From assembly GCA_051942205.1 (NCBI GenBank), contig JAVECO010000002.1:186001-250000 (forward strand): 64,000 bases of DNA, in the 5' to 3' direction. Position 1 is the stretch's first letter. Each line of letters starts with the position of its first letter. A program made the position numbers and the translations under genes. The notes below the pieces were generated by a model. It searched no databases, was not told the DNA's origin, and saw only the letters and a program-made list of their open reading frames with translations. Positions 1 to 9,306 of the stretch are shown here, in pieces. The DNA comes from Coniocarpon cinnabarinum (lineage: Eukaryota).

Positions 1-815
1 AGCGTGCGCTCGAGGGCGCGAATGATATCAGCTACCGCGTCAACATCTTCGATCTTCGCCTTGTTGCTCGTTCCGCTGGCGTCTCCGTTGACAATCTTTT
101 GACTCTTAGCGACATGAAACATCAGATCCCTTACCCGAACAATGTCAACAACGCCGCCGTCCCTCCAAGTGGCAACAATCCCACCGTCTCTCAGACGGCT
201 CTTCCATATCCGGCTCCGGCTGCAAACAATAATGACCCTTCCAACCCGAGCGAGGACCCGGAGATGTACAAAGACCAGCCTCTGCTCCCCACCAAGTACC
301 TCCCCTGCGTCCGCGCCATCCACCTCTCCACCCGCCCTCTCGACAAAAACGTCGCCATCCTCAAAGCAACACCCAAAGAGTGTCTCGGCGGCGTCAAACA
401 CCTCATCATCTCCTGCGCCGACCGCGCCCGCAACCACGTCGCGAGCGCCAACGTCCGCCACCACATCCCGCACGGCGCCTCGTGGAAGAACATGTGGGGC
501 GCGATTGGCAACGAGGGAAAATTCAAGTCCCTCGAGACCATCGAAGTCAATGTCTGTGGCTGGCGCGTCCCGCCTGGTTGGCGTCGTGAGGTCCTCGCGC
601 CGATGATGGAGGCCGCGGCGCAGTTGAAGGGCCAGGTCAAGTCGTTTGACGTCTATGTGCCTTGGACTCACGAGATGGTTGACAGTCATAACGCTGCTGG
701 GAACGAACTCGGGTTTAATCTCATGGTGGATGAGCCGTCGATTGAGAAGTTCAAGGAGCGTGCGGCTGTTGCGGATAATGACCATGCTCCGGACGCGGGT
801 TGGACTGAGACTTGA
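1..815 (+). CDS. Hypothetical fungal protein, 5'-partial (DUF7730-like)
   Basis: The frame is open from the window edge (RALEGANDISYRVNIFDL...) to TGA at 815, with C/G-rich third positions. The Y..N.F motif and W..MW..I...SL..I.V...W..EVLAPM pattern recall DUF7730-type proteins (recall, not a search result). Confidence 0.55.
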   Translation, partial: RALEGANDISYRVNIFDLRLVARSAGVSVDNLLTLSDMKHQIPYPNNVNNAAVPPSGNNPTVSQTALPYPAPAANNNDPSNPSEDPEMYKDQPLLPTKYLPCVRAIHLSTRPLDKNVAILKATPKECLGGVKHLIISCADRARNHVASANVRHHIPHGASWKNMWGAIGNEGKFKSLETIEVNVCGWRVPPGWRREVLAPMMEAAAQLKGQVKSFDVYVPWTHEMVDSHNAAGNELGFNLMVDEPSIEKFKERAAVADNDHAPDAGWTET

Positions 816-1250
816 ATTGGCGCGCATGGCTGGGCTATCTCCTGGAACCTGGCCTATGGCGTTGATGAGGAAGACTCGTGACGGAAGAAGAAACGTGCGC
901 ATGGAGTGGTGAGACGATGTGATGCAGCTTCTGCATTGACTGGAGTTTTTCAACCTCGACTGTTTTCAGCAGTCGAGATTGGTGGCCTCGCATGGAGTAC
1001 GATGCCAGCTCGAGTATCTGCGATTGGCCTCGTACATTCTCATGGTGTGACTCCACAGCATTAGCGTCGGGCGTTTTCATAGCATGAATCATACCAGATG
1101 CTCATTTCGCATCCTCTCTCTCAAAGACATTCACAAATGCAATAATACCTGCTACTTGCTCAAACGAGGACGAACTCTTCCTCGTAAGGTTGGCGTACCA
1201 TTGTCGTCCCCTGACTATCATTCATTTTCAATGTTCATTTGTCAAAGCAT

Positions 1251-3307
1251 TTAGCCAGATCCCGCAATCAGCTTCTCAACCCAGCTCGGCAACCCGGGTC
1301 GCTTCTCCCATCCACCTTTCCAGGCCTTCTCCCATCCAGGCACACTCTCCGGCACCGCATAAACAGCGGTGGCATACCACGCCGTCTCACCAGCCTTGAC
1401 ATCGCTCAGCAAAGTCGGCAGCACGGACCTCGAATGCAAAAGATTGCCGTTCGCATCCGCGTCCAGCACTTTGCCTTCTCTCTTCACAGACGTCAGCTCA
1501 GAAATGCCCACAGCGCCAGATGCAGCCGAAGCCGCCACCGCACCCTGCGCTGAGTGCAATCGACCTTCTTTGGCGAACTCGCCTGTGGCTTTGAATGTGT
1601 CAAGCTCACGTCCGTCAACCGTGCGTGTCCCTTCCAAGGCCCACGCACCCTCCGCAGTTCTCAACGCTCGACCCGTTTTGAGCCGGTGAATTCTGATGTG
1701 CCAATTTGGCGTCTCGTCAGACGGTGGTATCAGCCAAGTGTCGACACTGACATCGTGCCAAGGTTCCCAGCCTGATACCAGCACCGGCATGCCTTCTAAA
1801 ATCTCAATCCGCGGCTCTGTCGCTACTCTCCTCACTTTCCACGTCTCGCCGAAGCTCTTCGGATCGTAGTCATCGGACAAGGCGAGCACGTTGTCTCCGC
1901 CGATTGACTCCAACGTGTACGAGCCAGTAGGCACGGAGTACCCGAACGCAGAGCTGTATGCGAATTTTCCGTACTTGGCGGCGCCGCCGCGAGCGGGGTA
2001 GTGGCACATTTGGCCGGAACTCAAGAGGAACGTGTGTCCTCCTTTCCGGATGAGGATCTGGCTTGGTTGCTTCAGTGCTTTTACGCTTGGCAATGAGGTC
2101 TCTGGGAGTGACTCCTCCTTTGCTGTCCAGAAGGGATGATCCTCTGGACACGCCAGTGCCGCGAAGGATAGCATGAACCAGTAAGGACTACCCGGTGAGT
2201 TGTAATTCTCAGAGATGAACTGGTTAGGGTAGGAGTACCCAATTGAAAGCGTCCCCTGTGGAGTGAGCATGTCTTTTTGGCTCATCCACCATCGGCAATT
2301 ACGAAGCAACAGGCCTTTCACCACACCCCAAGATAGTGGTGCGGGCAGCTCCAGCCCTGCGAATGCAACAGCCGACCAGAAGCCAGCCATGGCGAAGCGG
2401 TATGTCAGCGAACGTCCGAAAGTGATGTGACGACCTTCAGGGTCATAGAAGAGCACGGCATCCAATGCGAAGGTGCGGGCACGATCAAAGTACTTCTCAC
2501 GGCGAGCAGTATCAGAAGGATTGAGACCGGCGTAGAGAAGTTGCAGGTATTGAATTGCGTACGAGCCGGAATAGCTGTCCATTTGTGTGTAGCCCTCAGG
2601 CCCGTCGTTCGACCAGCCGTCGCCGCGGTAGAAGGTGTCGAGGTGGTCAAGATCGGCATCGAGACGGGATTGAGAGTACTGTGCGGAATTGCGCATGAGC
2701 GCAAGATTCGCAAAGACGCGGAACCATAGCCTATAGAGCGATTAATAGTCCAGCGAACCTGATCATAGGATCGTATATCCCTGATAAAGACTTACCAGTT
2801 CGTGTTAGGCATCTACATTCACGGTAAGATCAGCAAGCTATACCACGGATCATGAGCTGTACTCACTTGCTTCTCGTTGATAGACCTCAACCACACCCCC
2901 ACATTCTCCCTCTCCTTCTCACTCAGCTTCTTCCAAAAAACGTCTCCATTCACAGCAAGTGCAAACCCAATCGGACACATCTCAACCATGCGCTGATCCA
3001 CGTCTCGACAATAGCCCCAAAACTCAGGGCTCTCCGGATTTGTGCCATGTTTCAGGCCTTCAATCCAATGCGAAGCTTCGTCAAACTTGGCGCCGCCGGC
3101 AAGGAGTGCCGCAAGGCCCCATACAGGGCGTGCCCACCCTTCTAGCTGTGCACCTGATTCATCGAATCGCGTGCCGGTCGCGCCAATGCGGACGCGAGTG
3201 TTCAAGGATGAGAAGAAAGGGACCAGCGGGCGAAGGAGCGATTTACAAGCTTCTTGGAAGTCGGTGCGACTCGTTAGGGGTGTCTTCAGGGTGGTGAAGG
3301 TTTCCAT
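1251..3307 (-). CDS. DUF2264 family protein (3 exons: 3307-2867, 2812-2796, 2730-1251)
   Basis: Introns 2866-2813 and 2795-2731 (GT...AG) join NEKQ|MPNTNW|LWFRVFANLAL. Family motifs seen: LEGWARPVWG, DQRMVEM, GWSNDGP, FGRSLTYRFA, ENYNSPGSPYW, KYGKFAYSS. Confidence 0.88.
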
Positions 3308-3516
3308 TGCAACTGCAGGTGTGCGATACGCTGCCAGGAACCGGACTGGAGGTCGTAAAAGGGACCTTGGAGAGTGTCGGCGATCTCCATTGCGAACGAT
3401 ATCCCTCCCCACTGAGCTTGAAAATAGGATGGTGTACTCGGAGCGTCTATTGCTTCGAGATGTATGTGAATGGAAGGTCGGGCGAACGGGTCCCGAAAAG
3501 GTTGGCGTAGAGCCTG

Positions 3517-3661
3517 AATCACGTGATTGTCTTCAAAGCAACGCCACTCTGAGTATATCGTCGTGGGAGAGCACGGGCTGTCCCGAGCCTAGCCCCAATT
3601 ACCGTCTAGCGTTCCTCCACCTTCTTCCGCGCTTGGACTGTAATCACCTACGTGTCGTGAC
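3517..3661. promoter_or_regulatory. Motifs upstream of kinase copy 1: palindrome AATCACGTGATT (3517-3528) and CCTACGTGTCGTGAC (3647-3661)
   Basis: Both motifs recur in the same order upstream of kinase copy 2 (7519-7528, 7591-7605). TCACGTGA is a bHLH E-box (Cbf1/SREBP class). Confidence 0.45.
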
Positions 3662-3867
3662 TACGCCCCTTGTCTAGCGACGCCGCATCGCGCATGATGT
3701 GGTTCAGCATTGCCTGCGGGTCCGACGCTGAAGCCCATATTCGAAGAGGACACTTATCCTCTGATGGCTTGTCTCCTAAGTCAAAGCCATCCATCGTTCG
3801 TTCAATCTTTGTGAAAATGAATCTCTAGGATCCACACCTTCTGCTTTAGCACCAATGCAGAACTGCC

Positions 3868-4839
3868 ATGCCGAAGCCTTATTCAGATCGATATCCGCAC
3901 GACTCGAAGCCTCCTTTACCATACGCTATCAGTAATGTCCTGGAAGCAAGGACACACGAGCCTCCCCCGGCCCCTGAGGACCACGCCTTTTTCCCAACGA
4001 AACAAATGTACAATGAGATGCACAAGCTTCACCCTGTGAATTTGTGTCTGGCTTATCCGCCATCTCCTGGCGTCTTAGGTTCACGCCACGTCAAAATACA
4101 AGTGACTTCGGTGATCAAATCCGGCGACTGTCAGGCCACTCAGACAGTGAGAGTCCGAGTACTGAGTGCTGATGCAGGTCTTGCCATCGCAAAGCTGGTT
4201 GAATCAAAGCGTGAAGTTGTCGCAAAGTTCTACGATCCTCTGTATTGGGACATTGAGCATTGGAACTGTGACTTTTTCCGAGGTGCAGATTCTGAATACG
4301 CTCATGAGGTCCAAGCGTACTCTCACCTGAAGTCGATACAAGGACTTGTCGTCCCTCACTTCTACGGCTCCTATACGCTAGAAGTAGACGTGCCCGGTCG
4401 ATCGGTCAAGCGCTCAGTGCGCTTCATTCTGATGGAACTCCTCCCTGGAAACTCCATGAATGTGGCCCCCGCACTGGGTTTCGATGTGAAGCAACGTCAA
4501 CAAATTATGGCTGCAATCATTGATGCCGAACGCGAAATACGACGTCACGACATTATCCATGGCGACAAGCACCCTCGCAATGTGATGCTCACTGGATTCT
4601 CCGAAGATCGAAAGCAAGCTCATATCCGCTTCATTGATTTCAACGTGTCCACATATGGGTACTTGTCAGAAATTAAACATATACCAGAGAAAGTAGGCGG
4701 GCATCGCCCTCTCGAATCGGTCTCGGACACTATAGAGCGCTGGAGTTGGAAGCACTCAGAAAGCGTGCTTGAGCATTTCTCTTCGTGGATCGAGGGTTGG
4801 GACTGGGACAAGTGGCTGAAACACGGATATAAACCTTAG
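3868..4839 (+). CDS. Protein kinase-like fold protein, copy 1 (323 aa, intronless)
   Basis: VAKFYDPLY (ATP-site Lys), EVQAYSHL..IQG.VVPHFYGSY, ILMELLPG, catalytic loop HGDKHPRN, and IDFN (DFG-like). Clear paralog at 7748-8740. Confidence 0.85.
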   Translation: MPKPYSDRYPHDSKPPLPYAISNVLEARTHEPPPAPEDHAFFPTKQMYNEMHKLHPVNLCLAYPPSPGVLGSRHVKIQVTSVIKSGDCQATQTVRVRVLSADAGLAIAKLVESKREVVAKFYDPLYWDIEHWNCDFFRGADSEYAHEVQAYSHLKSIQGLVVPHFYGSYTLEVDVPGRSVKRSVRFILMELLPGNSMNVAPALGFDVKQRQQIMAAIIDAEREIRRHDIIHGDKHPRNVMLTGFSEDRKQAHIRFIDFNVSTYGYLSEIKHIPEKVGGHRPLESVSDTIERWSWKHSESVLEHFSSWIEGWDWDKWLKHGYKP

Positions 4840-5457
4840 TCCTACTTGACGAAAATTACGAGCGACTCAAAGATGTACCAGATCCTGAAGGGAGACATGT
4901 ACCGCTCTGTTTAACCTGCAACCATTCATTGTCAACGTCCGCACAATCGCAAGCAAAGAACCTGAACAGCTTCCCTATCTCATGAGGCTTATGTGACCTA
5001 GGCTTGCTATACCAGGGCGAAGGGAGCCAAGGGGGGACATGGTAGAACTTGACACGTGGATGCTTGACCAGTGGAGTCCACAGCATATGAAACCTACAAG
5101 CTCCATACGTGGTTGCAACGAGTGAGTTCAGCCCTCTGTTGCCTGTAGGTATGAAACACGGGGCGTAGGTGGCACAGCTTAGGCATGCCGTCCGTCCACG
5201 CTCAACGAATTACCCAGCCTCGTTGCATTGCGATCTGAAGGTAGATGCTGAGCTTCACAGCAGGCAAATGTCTCGAAACCGTCTGGGATAACACGTTCGC
5301 ATTCCCAAGGATGTGTGAGGCGGGAGAGCGACGTGGCTTTATTCGAATTGCAGCCCTCAATGCAAGATTATAAATCAGGCTCATCTCCATGTAAATACGT
5401 CGAACAAGCTCAGGAACATCTCAAGCCAGAGCAGAGAGTCCTCTCTAAAGCAAAATC

Positions 5458-7485
5458 ATGGCCGAGGCTCCAGACGCGCCGAATCAGAAACGCAAGCTCC
5501 CTATCAAATGGCCGAGGGTGCACCGCTCGCCTCACAGAAACCAGAGCGCTCCCAATATTGGTGCACATTTTTTCCGTCACCCTTCACAGCTGACGTACCG
5601 CGACTTGATGACTATGCGTGGACCTAGATTCAGGCTAAAAGATGAGCGAACTGGCGTTTCAGCAAGCAGCGAAACGACTAAAAGCATGCTTCTACCGCTT
5701 GGTGAGCCTGCTCGGATGTTGTTGAATCTCATTTCGAATCGACAGGCGTTGATGGGCTCCACAGGTCTTCGAATTAGGCATCTTGATGATCTTGAGCTTC
5801 AGTTTCCACTCCTCGGTCGTCGCGAAGATCGTCATCATATTTATCGTCAGCTCGACCGACATTGTGCAGAAGTGCCAGACCATGATTCATTGCTACATAC
5901 TGAAGGTGATCTGTAAGTTGCGAATAAGCATTTTGCTCGATATAGCACGATCTAAATGTGTCCCTCCAGCATCCGCGCAACAGTGCCCTTTTTCTCCAAC
6001 ATTTTGGAGGTTGTTGCTCCAACCGTACTGCGATCGCACGGCTTCAGGTAAGTACCGGACCTCAGCCTCATACGACTGATATTGTGTGCTTTCCCTCGGG
6101 GTGTTGAAACCCTATAATGGTAGTACGAGCTGACATGTCGCTTTAGTGGTGTGTGTCCAGTTGCGCCGAAGGCGAGAGAGATTTGACTAACAAGACGATT
6201 TAGGGGGAACGAACTGGCATTCCGAGCTCTCCTTCAAAGATGAAAAGCAGAGACAGCGTCGTGTCGACGTCGTGCTGGATTACAAGAAAAGCAAGTACCT
6301 CGCTGAAAGCTCAAATACGAGCTCTGCCAAGAGCAGCAAAGCCTCCAGCAAGAAACCTGCAAAACACACTCCCACGATTGCAACTGGGTACGAGAAGGTC
6401 GCCGCGATTGAGTATAAAGGCCCGCGTGCAATCCGAGTAGAAGAGCTACTGCATGCAGAAGCAGAGACCGCAGAAGAAGCTCGCGAGGCAATACCTCATA
6501 TCACGCCTTCGCGTGAGGTGCAGGGCAGACCTAGAAGCCTCCTCCAGAAAGCCTCAGTGACTGAAAACACGCGAAACCTCATCAAGCAGGGCATCAGCTA
6601 TGGCTCGCAAATACAGCACGTGATTTTCTACGATTACAACACGCTAGTTCTTCTGTATATTCCACATGAAGACAACAGCAAGAACCTTATTGATGTGTAC
6701 ATCTGTGAAGAGCCGGACGAAGATAAGTTTGCTCCAGGTCTGGTAAGTCAGCACTCTTCAACCACGGCTTGCGATTTTCATGATCAGGCCGAACACAAGC
6801 ACGCTTCTTCCTTCACAAAAACATTTCTGGATAGTAACCACAACATTATTAAATAGAAGTACTTGCGCTAGCTGGACGCTAATGTCGTCGTGTACAGGGA
6901 CCACACGCCAACCAAAAGGGCCCCTGTCACGTTGAACTTGCTCTGAAGTGGATCATCAAAGCCGTGCAAGAGCACGAGGGCGCAGCCGGTCCCTCAACCA
7001 GCGATCCACCGAATCCACCTCCCTCAAGTGCGCCTCCGCCTCCATCGGGGATGTCGTTGCGACCACGGCCTGGCGGAAGTGGGTCAGCACCGCCGCCTTC
7101 TGGACGGGGGCCACCGTCTTCTGGAGGAGGCGGAGGGGGAAGAGGAGGCGGAAGAGCAGGAGGCAGTGGTGGTGGAGGAGGAAGAGGAAGAGGCTCAGGA
7201 GCATCTGCAGGACAGGATCCTGGGTCACCAGCAGGTCAAGCTTCTGGCTCGTCGGGCGGACGAGGCGCTGCTGGGGGTCAGGCTTCAGCATCATCGTCGG
7301 GCAAAGGGTCAAAAAAGAGCTCGGGTCTCTCTATTGCGCTTTGTGGTTTCGGTACGTCTTTTCCTTTCGGAAGGGAAGGTCGGACGAGCGGCTGCCGAGC
7401 TACCGGCGTTCCACTCCGTCCATACCTTACGCAGAGTAGTTGGAAGAACCATGGTAGACAGCGGACGCTAGTATCACGGCACTAG
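5458..7485 (+). CDS. PD-(D/E)xK nuclease-like protein with G/S/P-rich tail, copy 1 (exons 5458-5701, 5765-5912, 5970-6047, 6147-6148, 6204-6742, 6898-7485)
   Basis: GT-AG introns, mostly with branch sites, give one frame: ...TEGDLIRATVPFFSNILEV...GFSGGTNWHSE...RRVDVVL...AAIEYKGP...LIKQGISYG..HVIFYDYNTLVLL...HVELALKWIIKAVQEH. It is colinear with copy 2. The nuclease call is motif inference. Confidence 0.72.
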
Positions 7486-7518
7486 TCCGTGCGCGCAGGG
7501 CTGTTGACTACATGAAGT

Positions 7519-7605
7519 ATCACGTGATTTATCCCGGGTAATTCCTGCTAAGTACTTCGTACACGTCCTTCTATTGATAACGAGGCGTAGCCTACGCCTC
7601 GTGAC
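7519..7605. promoter_or_regulatory. Motifs upstream of kinase copy 2: ATCACGTGAT (7519-7528), inverted repeat ACGAGGCGTAG-C-CTACGCCTCGT (7580-7602) and CCTACGCCTCGTGAC (7591-7605)
   Basis: Read directly from the sequence. The E-box and the 15-mer are shared with the copy-1 upstream region. Confidence 0.45.
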
Positions 7606-7747
7606 GGCCTAGTCCGCTGTCATGCGAGAGGCGCTGTCAGCCGCATACAAGAGAACACAGTGTCCTTCGTGACCTTCAAGAAAGAAATTGCTTGCCATTC
7701 TGGCTTCATAGGCCCAGTTCATTGCTTCTCATTAACTGTCACTCATT

Positions 7748-8740
7748 ATGTCTGCACCTCAGTCGCTACCTTATCCTCACGGCCATAAACCTGGTATACC
7801 ATACGCACTAGGTAAGGTAATCGCGGCACACACACATACAGCCGCACCACCTCCAGATCGTCGCACCTTTTGGCCTACCAAGCAGCTCTACAAGGAGATG
7901 AAGGAGTTGCACCCAGTCAACATTTGCTTAAACCATGAGCCCACTTTAGGCACAATTGGCTCCAGCAAGCTTCGCATATTGGTCACTTTTGTCATCAAAA
8001 GCAGGGACTGTGAAATGACGCAACTCGTTAAGGTGAGGATTCTAAATGCTGATGAAGGTACTCCTTTGGCCAGTTTTGCTGGGTCAAGTCATGAATTCGT
8101 GGCCAAATTCTATGATCCACTCTACTATGATTTCAGCCTGAACATGGATTATTTTCAAACTGCTGAAGGCCATTACGCACGTGAAGTTCGAGCATACACG
8201 AATCTCACATCTGTACAAGGGTCAATCGTACCGCACTTTTACGGTTCATATACTACTAGCATTGACGTGCCTGAGTGCTCCACAAAGCGCACAGTGCGGT
8301 TCATCCTGACCGAGTGCGTTCCGGGGAACTCCCTAAACATGCTCGATGCTCGGAGTTATGACGTGAAAACTCGCCAGCAAATCATGAGCGCGGTCATTGA
8401 TTCGGAGCGTGAACTCAGACGACATGATATTGGGCATGGCGACAATCATCCTCGCAACGTGATGTTGCTCGGGTTCACGGAAAGCGACAACGGGCAGCTG
8501 CAACCACAACTCCGCTTGATCGACTTCAATCATTCAAGTCATGGATATCTTTCAGAAAAGAAGCTCATTGCAGATCTTGTGAATGGCCATCGACCTCTGG
8601 AGAAGCTTCATTGTACGATTGGCCGCTGGAAATGGACTCATTACAGTCCTCTGCATGAGGAAGACTTCGTCCGGTGGATTGAAGGCTGGAATTGGAATGA
8701 TTGGCTAGCGAACGACTACAAGCCTCGAGCTGTGACCTGA
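7748..8740 (+). CDS. Protein kinase-like fold protein, copy 2 (330 aa, intronless)
   Basis: VAKFYDPLY, EVRAYTNL..VQGSIVPHFYGSY, HGDNHPRN and IDFN. Colinear with 3868-4839 from the N-terminal YPH..P..PYA to the C-terminal WIEGW.W..WL...YKP. Confidence 0.85.
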   Translation: MSAPQSLPYPHGHKPGIPYALGKVIAAHTHTAAPPPDRRTFWPTKQLYKEMKELHPVNICLNHEPTLGTIGSSKLRILVTFVIKSRDCEMTQLVKVRILNADEGTPLASFAGSSHEFVAKFYDPLYYDFSLNMDYFQTAEGHYAREVRAYTNLTSVQGSIVPHFYGSYTTSIDVPECSTKRTVRFILTECVPGNSLNMLDARSYDVKTRQQIMSAVIDSERELRRHDIGHGDNHPRNVMLLGFTESDNGQLQPQLRLIDFNHSSHGYLSEKKLIADLVNGHRPLEKLHCTIGRWKWTHYSPLHEEDFVRWIEGWNWNDWLANDYKPRAVT

Positions 8741-9026
8741 GACTGACACGAGAAGGGGATGTTCGCGTTCGATGTGCCCCTCTTTCAAGCTCTTCTCTGC
8801 CAACTGAACTCAAGATGATTTGCATCTCGCTTGTTTTACTTTTACGAGAAACCACTATTGTAGCAATGTCCCTAACACCACGTGTCGAAAACAAACCACA
8901 TGGGGAGTGCATGTAATAGCCTCTTCAGTTGCATGTAGCTACAGTCCAGGGGCCGAGGTGAGACACGTCAATATCATACATTCCGCGACAAGAGGTGAAA
9001 CCACATTAATGATACCTGTCTGAAAC

Positions 9027-9053
9027 GTGAGGCGCGTGAGGCGCGTGAGGCGT
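9027..9053 (+). repeat. Three tandem copies of 9-bp GTGAGGCG(C/T)
   Basis: gtgaggcgc gtgaggcgc gtgaggcgt upstream of nuclease copy 2. A single GTGAGGCG also lies upstream of copy 1 (~5315). Confidence 0.6.
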
Positions 9054-9306
9054 AGTGCGGTGCGGAAGGCAGAAACCGCAGAATGTATGCTCTTGCAGGC
9101 CACGTAGCGATGGATTGAGCCTCGTGGTTTCATATAATATTTCTGGCAACAGCTGACATGTGGCGCAGTTGCAATGTGTTCTCTACAAATCTATCTGATG
9201 CTTCTGACCGAAGCTATAAGATGGCGTCCGCAAGTGCTTATGCTTCTCTCGTTCGGTACTCACGTTCAACAACACAAGGGTCGCATCAGAATCTCCGACA
9301 ACGGCC

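Noticed and set aside
3042..3677. 211-aa plus-strand ORF
   Set aside because: It is antisense to DUF2264 exon 1 and runs into promoter DNA, with no protein-like features.
3868..7485. One fused kinase-nuclease gene (true Spok architecture)
   Set aside because: Both kinases end at equivalent stops (YKP* and YKPRAVT*), followed by ~570-620 bp of non-coding DNA with TATA-like elements and separate ATGs. The domain order is also the reverse of Spok.
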